Virus record (IMG/VR): IMGVR_UViG_3300045988_043014
Location: 1 to 41,358 of that record
DNA length: 41,358 nucleotides
Reading direction: 5' to 3' (one strand)
Origin: a virus
The first letter of the stretch is position 1, and each line of letters begins with the position of its first letter. The position numbers and the translations under genes are program-made. The notes beneath the pieces are model-generated. The model was not told the origin of the DNA, did not search any database, and worked only from the letters and a program-made list of their open reading frames with translations. Shown here piece by piece: positions 1 through 6,839 of this stretch.

Positions 1-55
1 CATCCATCGGGAAGTTCTGCCTTGCTGAATGTCATCGGAAATTTGAGATAATCGA
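1..55. repeat. Exact 55-bp copy of the window end (41304-41358); circular-assembly overlap
   Basis: Compared base by base: catccatcgggaagttctgccttgctgaatgtcatcggaaatttgagataatcga occurs at both ends. Confidence 0.95.
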
Positions 56-129
56 TATGCTCAAGGTCATCCATAGGAATTGTACCATGCGTACCAGTGT
101 TTCAGCATTTGAGTTACCCCCCTTGAGTT

Positions 130-339
130 CTATTCAAAATCACACACCACGCCATGAAAGAGCATGGTGATGACAAACTCTCTTTCAATGGTGCGAGCCT
201 CTTTGGTAGTCTTCGCGTGGTCAATCATAGACCCATAGCGTGCTACGATTGCTTCAATGCGGGGAGTGATAGACCCCCAAAGAGTGATGGGACGTGTCAT
301 TCTGATTTCCCATGTTTCAATGCCTTTTTCTGTATCCAT
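130..339 (-). CDS. Hypothetical early protein (69 aa)
   Basis: ATG preceded by AAGGAG with a 9-nt spacer. Co-oriented with the early block upstream of the RNAP gene. No recognisable motifs. Confidence 0.55.
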   Translation of the reverse strand: MDTEKGIETWEIRMTRPITLWGSITPRIEAIVARYGSMIDHAKTTKEARTIEREFVITMLFHGVVCDFE

Positions 340-448
340 GATGTTTATCTCCTTGTGTCTTTTCTAATCTTTGTAGCCGTCTATAGAGTGCTGCAAGGCA
401 CTTTTTCCGTGCCTTGTCGTCACTCTTGCTTGTCTTGCTCCCCATGAG

Positions 449-823
449 TCACCATTCGTATCCATAATGGAACGCTGAACGCCTAACCTCTTTGCGTTCT
501 CTTTCTTCATAGTCAGTGAGCGGCGTTAATTCGCCCGTCTCATAGTCGTATGCCATGCCCTCTTCATCCATGATTTTGAGTGTGTCATGCGTCAACCCCT
601 TGAGACGATCGCCGAACTCTTTAAGCCACCACGTCATCTGTTTCGATGTTGTACGGCTATAGTAGCCAGTGAACATGACCCGCGAGCCTCTTACGATGAT
701 GACCCTTGTCGTGTATGACATGAACCCCCATTCATGCCCCCATCCCTGCTTTCCTGCAAGGTACATCGTATGATAATATCTGCACTGTGCATAGCGGTGA
801 TCTTTCAGCTTCATCAGTTCCAT
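449..823 (-). CDS. Hypothetical early protein (about 124 aa)
   Basis: The track ORF starts at a TTG (847). The internal ATG at 823 has AAAGGAGAA 6 nt upstream, so I prefer it. Trp/Tyr-rich with a YSRTTSKQ motif; family not recognised. Confidence 0.55.
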   Translation of the reverse strand: MELMKLKDHRYAQCRYYHTMYLAGKQGWGHEWGFMSYTTRVIIVRGSRVMFTGYYSRTTSKQMTWWLKEFGDRLKGLTHDTLKIMDEEGMAYDYETGELTPLTDYEERERKEVRRSAFHYGYEW

Positions 824-913
824 TTTATGTTCTCCTTTGAGTTCCAAAGGGTAGCTACCTTGCTACCCATTGCATTCTTGATAGCTAGTCATGTGACTAG
901 CGATAGACACAGA

Positions 914-1618
914 TTAGTTCCGTTCAAAGTCAATAACGACATTGAAGAAATCATCATCAGTCATTTCGCCAGTAATGAAATGCGTCTTTCCATCAATCGT
1001 GAGTGCTACACCCTCTTGATTGAAAATGCGGGCGAAGAAGCTGGCTTTATTCACCGCGGCAGCCACCGCAATATCGTATACTTCTACCTTGAGACTATCT
1101 TCTCTCTTCCCCTTGTAGAAGCTGACACACCGCGTGATGGTGCAATCGGTGTAGTACCCGATTTCATCAATCATGAACTCAGTGTTCATCTTCACGCCCT
1201 CTTTGGTGGTGCATCCGATATTTAACGTTACGTTTCTTTCCATTTTGTTTTCCTCCTCCTTGTTGTTGTTGTTGTTGCTTTCTTCTTCTCCTTCTTCCGT
1301 GTCTTCCTCTTCCTTGTTGTCAGTATCGGGTACATCATCGATGATGTTGACTTTATAGAGGAAGAGAGGCTTTTCTTCCACCTCTTCAATGCTATGCATG
1401 TTTTCCGCGATGGATTTCATCTCGTCACCTTTGAGAGAGACACAGATGGACGCAATCTCTTTGGCTTTGCAACGTCCCCATTCTACGTTCTCTTCAAACG
1501 TGCCATTGATAGCGGTGTGCATGCCCGCCGTTCTGATACCCACATCATGAAGAATGTTGATGATTTCTTCACCTTTCCAGTTATCTGACCACAAGTCAAT
1601 CGTTACGATGTTTTCCAT
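914..1618 (-). CDS. Hypothetical early two-domain protein with an acidic, Asn-rich linker (234 aa)
   Basis: ATG with AGAGGGAA SD. Two globular halves are joined by DDVPDTDNKEEEDTEEGEEESNNNNNKEEENK. First gene downstream of the long non-coding region. Confidence 0.6.
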   Translation of the reverse strand: MENIVTIDLWSDNWKGEEIINILHDVGIRTAGMHTAINGTFEENVEWGRCKAKEIASICVSLKGDEMKSIAENMHSIEEVEEKPLFLYKVNIIDDVPDTDNKEEEDTEEGEEESNNNNNKEEENKMERNVTLNIGCTTKEGVKMNTEFMIDEIGYYTDCTITRCVSFYKGKREDSLKVEVYDIAVAAAVNKASFFARIFNQEGVALTIDGKTHFITGEMTDDDFFNVVIDFERN

Positions 1619-1963
1619 GATAATTCCCTCTTTCTATGATACTCAGTGTTGTGATGTTGTTTGTGTTGATGTTGCCCGTCTGTGAGTAGGCGTCTTCCTA
1701 TGTGTGCTATCGGTTACACATCCCCTAGCCATCATCGCATTGATGGCTATGCTTTGTCCGTTTGTTTCGTGTTAGCGGATTTGTCCCCGCTATCGGATTA
1801 CCTCTATTTGATTGTCAAAGAACCACACTCAGAACGTTCTCAGTGCCTTTCCATCGCTGGTATCTTACGTTCTCCCGCTGACTGGTGGCGTCCGTTCTTC
1901 GTTGTCTATATGATACGGCATTGCAAGCCAGAAATCAAATTAAGAATAATTAGAGTTCAGTTA

Positions 1964-1985
1964 GTTTCTCTAATGTGTCTCAATG
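1964..1985 (-). promoter_or_regulatory. Variant phage-RNAP promoter-like element (CATTGAGACACATTAGAGAAAC), phiOL-like position
   Basis: Shares the TTGAGACAC core and a TAGAG start region with the promoter family. Points toward the early genes. Confidence 0.4.
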
Positions 1986-2127
1986 TTTCCCTAATGGCTC
2001 GCGATGGCTGGCACGAACGCCAGCGGTGCGGGTCGGCACGTTAGCTATATATGTATATATTATATACCTATATAGAAAACGCAATGGATCGCTATGTATA
2101 GGTATTCATAAAGGTGCATAAAGTATC

Positions 2128-2168
2128 CATAGAGAGTACGTTATGAAACTCATAGAGAGTACGTTATG
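2128..2168. repeat. Direct repeat, 2 x 18 bp (catagagagtacgttatg) with 23-bp period
   Basis: Exact copies at 2128-2145 and 2151-2168 in the AT-rich non-coding region. Confidence 0.9.
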
Positions 2169-2350
2169 GATTAAATATGCAGAATACTGTATATGTATAC
2201 AAATGGGCATTTTGCGGTCATTTATGAGTCAATTAGATAACATCTATGCATTTTAGGTATAACAGATGAGAGTATGAGATAGTATGAGTTTAAGTCATAG
2301 TAGTATGAGTATTATGCATAGTTAAACAGTGTTTGAAAATGCATGACTTA

Positions 2351-2372
2351 CAGATAGAAAATAATCTATCTG
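2351..2372. repeat. Palindromic hairpin cagatag-aaaataat-ctatctg
   Basis: 7-bp perfect inverted repeat with an 8-nt loop, read directly from the sequence. Confidence 0.8.
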
Positions 2373-2695
2373 TTATCATAAAGTCATACATTGTTTAACT
2401 CTTATGGATACCATCAAGCGTCCAACAGTATCCATGACAGTTATCGCCATGGTATCCCTTGAGTGTTCTATAAGATATCCTAAAGAGTGCTATAGAATGC
2501 GTGTTAGATGGCGTGCTAGTGCATGGTCTAGGACGCATGCTAGAAGGCGTTTTAATTTGTGTTTCAGGGAAGCGCTGAAGGTGTAAAGTGGTAACGCTGC
2601 GAAGGCGTGAAGAGTACCATAGGGGGGGAATCCAGCCCCGCCCAAGTGGATGAATAGACACTTCACAATTTTTACCAAAATTTTGTAAGACCCAG

Positions 2696-3235
2696 TTAGA
2701 ACTTCCACTTATGAACCACCTGAAAGTTCTCTACATGGTCTTTAGAGAGTCCAACGGATACCTCAATGGCTCTATCATAGTTGTAGTTCCTCTGGAGTCC
2801 AATAGGTACATAGAAGTGTCCATCATGAGATCTACCAAGACCTGTAGACACTTCCCAGTTCCTTTTGTATTCCAGATCAGCCATTTTCTTGACCACTGGA
2901 GTCATATTTATATCTGAGATGACTTTGGTCTGGAGTCCTTTGCTATCCTTATGAGTCACCGAAGGACTCTTAGGAATCTCAAAAGTCTGACCATTGATCT
3001 CAGCAATGTATCTGTTATCTACCACCAAGTCTGGGTCTGAGGTCTTCTGTTTCTCTTTAAGAGTCACTCTGGAGATCTCATGGACTTCTACAGGTTCCTT
3101 GTTTGCCTCTGTAGGTACGTCCATTTCAGAGTTAGTGGTAGTTGTATGAAGAATAGCATAGCAGCCATAGCCAAGAAGGAAAGAAACTACAGCCACTATG
3201 ATATACTTGAGAATAGTAGATATTTTAGTAATCAT
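2696..3235 (-). CDS. Post-terminase membrane-anchored or secreted protein (179 aa), gp19.5 position
   Basis: ATG with AAAGGAAG SD. N-terminal hydrophobic segment ILKYIIVAVVSFLLGYGCYAIL. C-terminus ends KWKF. Has its own upstream phage promoter. Confidence 0.7.
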   Translation of the reverse strand: MITKISTILKYIIVAVVSFLLGYGCYAILHTTTTNSEMDVPTEANKEPVEVHEISRVTLKEKQKTSDPDLVVDNRYIAEINGQTFEIPKSPSVTHKDSKGLQTKVISDINMTPVVKKMADLEYKRNWEVSTGLGRSHDGHFYVPIGLQRNYNYDRAIEVSVGLSKDHVENFQVVHKWKF

Positions 3236-3252
3236 AGTATTACTTCCTTTAT

Positions 3253-3440
3253 ATTAGTTAGTTAGTAGCTAGTATATAGCTAGAGTTAAGGTTACGGTCA
3301 GAACTCATAAAGGACTCTTTTAGAATTGTTTAGAAATTCTTTATGATACCTGACCAGCCCTTTAAGAGGTCTTTAAGAGTCCATAAGAGTCTTTAAGGTT
3401 AGCTATTAACTAGCTATCTACTAGCTACTAACTAACTAAT
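3253..3440. repeat. 31-bp inverted repeat pair (arms 3253-3283 and 3410-3440, 30/31 match) enclosing a 126-bp spacer
   Basis: The plus strand at 3253 reads ATTAGTTAGTTAGTAGCTAGTATATAGCTAG. The reverse complement of 3410-3440 reads ATTAGTTAGTTAGTAGCTAGTAGATAGCTAG. Confidence 0.9.
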
Positions 3441-3518
3441 ATTTATGAATATTCATTATGCACTCATAATGTGAAGATCAGAATGAAGTATCATTATGTA
3501 TACTATAACTTTTCCTTC

Positions 3519-3544
3519 CCTTCACCATTAGGTGTCTCAATTAG
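3519..3544 (-). promoter_or_regulatory. Phage-RNAP promoter (CTAATTGAGACACCTAATGGTGAAGG), phiOR-like
   Basis: Full match to the promoter-family recognition half. Lies downstream of the terminase gene and upstream of the 179-aa gene. Confidence 0.7.
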
Positions 3545-3549
3545 TTAGT

Positions 3550-3572
3550 TTGTATCTTTGTGTCTCAATTAG
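3550..3572 (-). promoter_or_regulatory. Promoter half-site (CTAATTGAGACACAAAGATACAAAC)
   Basis: Recognition half is identical to the family, but the initiation half diverges. Confidence 0.35.
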
Positions 3573-3779
3573 AATTTAGGTTGACAATAAACTCTTCCTA
3601 TCCTTATTTATAATTATACATAATTCTGTATATTTATAAATAGTTACAAAATAGCTAGTTAATAGCAATCTATCAACTAGCCAATAGCTCCAGAACGCTC
3701 TAAAATCGTTTCTAAGAGCTTCCTGTCTGTCTTAGGTAAAACTACCTTCAAAGCACCTTAGAAGCCCTCAGAAAGCATT

Positions 3780-5510
3780 TTACGGCTTCCTGAAGGGGTT
3801 CAAGCTACTCACATGCATCTTACCAAGACTCAGCTTATCATTAAAGACCTCCGGCTTACCCCAGTTCAAAGCCCCTCCATCAGGGTCAGCCCACATCTCT
3901 AATTCCTCTTCGAGATGCTCTTCCATGCCCACATTAGCATCTCTATCAAGCACATCATGCCAATAAGCTACAGCCATAGCTACAGCATCAAGTCTATCAT
4001 CATGAGCCAAAGCACCACGTTCATCACAGAGTCTAGTCATCTGATAGACAAAGCTATAGGCTGGCTGTCTCTCATAGACCCTATAATCGTCCATAATAAC
4101 GCTCTGATTAAGGACAATCTTATGACTCATGAGCAGAGGTTCAAGAGTATCAATGATACGCTTCTCCTTCTGCTGTCTATTGTTGATCTCCTGAACGGCA
4201 CAAGGATGAATCCTATTTAGAACAGGTTTTAGCAGCTGAGAGAACATGCCATCACCAAAGTTAGATTCGATGACCACTTCATTGACATTATAGAACTTAG
4301 CCTTGTTAGCTAGGGTCGTAAGTGTCCCCTCAGAGTACCCTTCATGATAGCCACCAATATCCATAATGAACAGGTAGCCATTGAGGAACTTAATGATCGA
4401 GTAAGCAGTTTCATCCTTACCACGACCACTAGGGTCAATAGCCATAACCGTCCCAGAATACTCTGAAACCTCCTCAGAACGACTCAAAGGACTATAGAAG
4501 TAATCCCCTTTAAGAGCCACCGAAGGCACGTCTGAGAGCCTTTTAGAGCCATCTGAACACCATGCCCATTTGAGACTGGTCTGCTTCATATCAAGGTCAG
4601 ACACAATGAAATCTTTGACCTTCAATGGATACTTTTCGGCATCACTAAGGTTCGTATTGAGCATGAACTGAAGAGAGAACCCTGCCTTACCATAGGACAG
4701 CTTTCGCTTCTCAATTTCCTCAATATTGAATCTATCTGGGTCTGTAGGAACTAATTTATCTGCATACTTCTCTGGGTCTTCATCATATGGTTCAGCAATG
4801 AATGGTGCTAAATCAGACCCATAGGTCTCCCTTTCGGTGATCGAAGAAGGGTACAGTACAGTCCAAATGCGTCTCCTATAGCCACGTTTGGTGAGTTCAT
4901 TATAGAGACTCATTTCATTCTGAGGTGTCCCCAGATAGATGATCTTACCACCCGGTTTAAGGACTGCATCGAACTCCTTTACTGCTTCAGAGAGTTTATC
5001 ACGCTGCACCTGAGTACCAGAGTTATTCGGGACTTCTACGTCATCGGCAATCAAGAGGTCTGCACGAGACCCTGTGATCTGACCTGTGATACCTACAGAC
5101 TTCACCGATGGAGAAATATCAGGTACTGCAAGACCCACATCAAAGAGGTTCTGAGTGTCTCGCTGTCCTCTCTGGGTCTGCAAAGGTTCCAAGAAGGGCA
5201 GCAAATAGATGATACGTTTGATAAAGACAGCGTTTGCATCTGCTCTATCTTTGGATGCAGACACAACCAAGACCTTTAGCTGAGGGTCTTTCCAAAGCAT
5301 CCATACGGTGTACGCACAAGTCAAAAAGGACTTAGCGACACCTCGAAACCCCTCAATGATGCTTCGGTCAGTTGGGGTATCCATAAGGTACTTTGCAATA
5401 TCATACTGTATAGGTGTAGGGTCTGGAAGCCCTATAGATTTCCAGACCATGAACACGAATACACGGAAGTCCTTATGGGCTGCCTTAATTTGGTCTTCCG
5501 TCCACAGCAA
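3780..5510 (-). CDS. Terminase large subunit (T7 gp19-like)
   Basis: Long stretches resemble T7 gp19 as I remember it: FRGVAKSF..., VSASKDRADANAVFIKRII, GITGQITGSRADLLIADDVE, IDPSGRGKDETAY, ALAHDDRLDA. TTG start with AAGGAGGAGG 9 nt upstream. Confidence 0.95.
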   Translation of the reverse strand: MLWTEDQIKAAHKDFRVFVFMVWKSIGLPDPTPIQYDIAKYLMDTPTDRSIIEGFRGVAKSFLTCAYTVWMLWKDPQLKVLVVSASKDRADANAVFIKRIIYLLPFLEPLQTQRGQRDTQNLFDVGLAVPDISPSVKSVGITGQITGSRADLLIADDVEVPNNSGTQVQRDKLSEAVKEFDAVLKPGGKIIYLGTPQNEMSLYNELTKRGYRRRIWTVLYPSSITERETYGSDLAPFIAEPYDEDPEKYADKLVPTDPDRFNIEEIEKRKLSYGKAGFSLQFMLNTNLSDAEKYPLKVKDFIVSDLDMKQTSLKWAWCSDGSKRLSDVPSVALKGDYFYSPLSRSEEVSEYSGTVMAIDPSGRGKDETAYSIIKFLNGYLFIMDIGGYHEGYSEGTLTTLANKAKFYNVNEVVIESNFGDGMFSQLLKPVLNRIHPCAVQEINNRQQKEKRIIDTLEPLLMSHKIVLNQSVIMDDYRVYERQPAYSFVYQMTRLCDERGALAHDDRLDAVAMAVAYWHDVLDRDANVGMEEHLEEELEMWADPDGGALNWGKPEVFNDKLSLGKMHVSSLNPFRKP

Positions 5511-5745
5511 AGTGACCTACCTCCTCCTTAAAGATCGGAATATCTGTGGTCTGCTGCTTCTTCATAAGTTCAGCAACCCCCGGAGTCTCTGGAGTGGTCT
5601 GAAGCTGATTCTCTTTAAGGAAGCGTCTGACCTTATCAAGGAAAGCTGGATTACGTCTCAGCTCCGGGTCAGTAAGACCATCAAGGAGAGCATCAACTTC
5701 CAGCTGTGCAATCTGGTCAATAATGGCACTGTTAATCTTCGGCAT
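5485..5745 (-). CDS. Terminase small subunit (T7 gp18-like, about 86-89 aa)
   Basis: Position immediately upstream of, and overlapping, the large-terminase gene. Size matches gp18. The ATG at 5745 has GGGGAG 9 nt upstream; an alternative ATG is at 5754. The longer track ORF would overlap the endolysin. Confidence 0.7.
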   Translation of the reverse strand: MPKINSAIIDQIAQLEVDALLDGLTDPELRRNPAFLDKVRRFLKENQLQTTPETPGVAELMKKQQTTDIPIFKEEVGHFAVDGRPN

Positions 5746-6211
5746 TAGTTTCATCTCCCCATCCATCAAATCTAGTGAGATCATTAGCAAGGATAGTAGA
5801 CAGAATCTTATTAGCATAGTCTGGGTCTGTAGCATAAATTGGGGCAAGAGCAAGCACGAAGGCTTCTACCGACCAAGTTTCATGCCAAGTGGCAATCACA
5901 TCAGAGTATTTATAGTCTTCAGCAATGAGAACGCACCAATCTCTAATAGCATCTTCAAGAGACTCATAGGACTGGAATTTATCATAGATAGTGACATATT
6001 CACCATTCTCATATTCTGTTGTTTGCTGTCTTACATAGTTACCCCAGCCATTCCACTTGCGACCAAAGTAGTTATACTGTCCGATGCAGTACCTACCCCA
6101 GCCACTTTCAAGGATAGCCTGAGCAATACATACGGAAGCTGGAAGATTGTACTCAGCACAGACCTTACCAGCTGTGTCTCCGATAAAATCAATAAATTCA
6201 TCTGGGGTCAT
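5732..6211 (-). CDS. Endolysin, GH73 N-acetylglucosaminidase family (FlgJ/LytD-like)
   Basis: CIAQAILESGWG...YNYFG signature of the glucosaminidase (GH73) domain. No TM segment or cell-wall-binding domain. Start is either ATG 6211 (AGGAG upstream) or 6262. Confidence 0.8.
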   Translation of the reverse strand: MTPDEFIDFIGDTAGKVCAEYNLPASVCIAQAILESGWGRYCIGQYNYFGRKWNGWGNYVRQQTTEYENGEYVTIYDKFQSYESLEDAIRDWCVLIAEDYKYSDVIATWHETWSVEAFVLALAPIYATDPDYANKILSTILANDLTRFDGWGDETNAED

Positions 6212-6524
6212 ATGGTGGGAATCTCCTTTCATTATCTTTTTTGGCTTCATCTGGAATACCATCGTGATCTGTGTCTACCAGCCAACGGCTAAAGGTCTGG
6301 ATAGCAATAGTAAGACCGCCTACGGCAGTGATATATTGTCTAAACTCAGATAAGTTAGCATGACCAGTTACGACCCATTCATATAAGGTCATCACAAGAT
6401 AAAGCACTAAACAAAACAGAAGGTAACGAAGACTCCATTTGATGAGTCTCATGGAGTCTTTGTCACTTTTCTTAATCTTAAATGTACTGATTATCTCTTT
6501 GATTTTTCGCTTAACGTAAAGCAT
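6198..6524 (-). CDS. Holin-like membrane protein (108 aa)
   Basis: Two hydrophobic helices (LRYLLFCLVLYLVMTLYEWVV and AVGGLTIAIQTF) and a charged C-terminus. Overlaps the endolysin start. Confidence 0.5.
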   Translation of the reverse strand: MLYVKRKIKEIISTFKIKKSDKDSMRLIKWSLRYLLFCLVLYLVMTLYEWVVTGHANLSEFRQYITAVGGLTIAIQTFSRWLVDTDHDGIPDEAKKDNERRFPPYDPR

Positions 6525-6805
6525 ATTTCATCAAGGCGTTTAGAATTGATTTTATGAGCCTCCTCAAGAGCAGCTACACGCACATCCAAAGCACGCCTGT
6601 CTGCTACACTCCTTTCGATTTCTCTTTTCAACTCATGTAATACATCGCTATTAAGGTCAATAGCATGCTGTAATGGTCTGATAACAACATAGTTAAAAGC
6701 AGCACTAAGGCAGCTCGCTACTGTTAAAATAGCAACAATACTATTTAGAATATCCAAGCAGTCCCCTTTCTTAATATAAATATAATAGGGAGTGCCAAAA
6801 GACAC
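6491..6805 (-). CDS. Membrane-anchored coiled-coil protein (104 aa), lysis-cassette position
   Basis: N-terminal TM segment ILNSIVAILTVASCLSAAFNYVV followed by a charged helical region (RRALDVRVAALEEAHK). Confidence 0.5.
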   Translation of the reverse strand: MSFGTPYYIYIKKGDCLDILNSIVAILTVASCLSAAFNYVVIRPLQHAIDLNSDVLHELKREIERSVADRRALDVRVAALEEAHKINSKRLDEICFTLSEKSKR

Positions 6806-6839
6806 TCCACACCATATTTAACTTACCACTAACTTATTA

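Noticed and set aside
1-74. A 30-codon minus-strand mini-ORF (MDDLEHIDYLKFPMTFSKAELPDGCHGETCR) spanning the circular junction (74-1 continuing into 41303-41282), plus other mini-ORFs of 13-18 codons in the 178-nt gap between early genes.
   Set aside because: It has no SD sequence, is very short and has no recognisable motif. It could be real, but the sequence alone cannot support it.
1682-2044. The 120-aa plus-strand ORF, and the minus-strand ORFs at 2395-2661 and 2490-2708, in the long non-coding region.
   Set aside because: They have no SD sequence and an implausible Cys/Arg/His/Pro-rich composition. They overlap repeat, hairpin and promoter-like elements. I treated the region as non-coding.
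2615-2630. A plus-strand CCATAGGGGGGG as a reverse-oriented phage promoter.
   Set aside because: Only the initiation-like TAGGG part is present. The TTGAGACAC recognition block is missing upstream, and no plus-strand gene follows. The G run more likely forms the G7/C-rich hairpin at 2622-2643.
3697-3718. A shared intergenic motif gctcYaaaatcgtttctaagRg at 3697-3718 and 37000-37021 (15-mer exact, 20/22 overall).
   Set aside because: A single exact 15-mer repeat is roughly what chance allows in a 41-kb genome. The extension is only marginally significant, and I could not fold it into a convincing common hairpin. It is worth a motif search, but I do not call it a feature.
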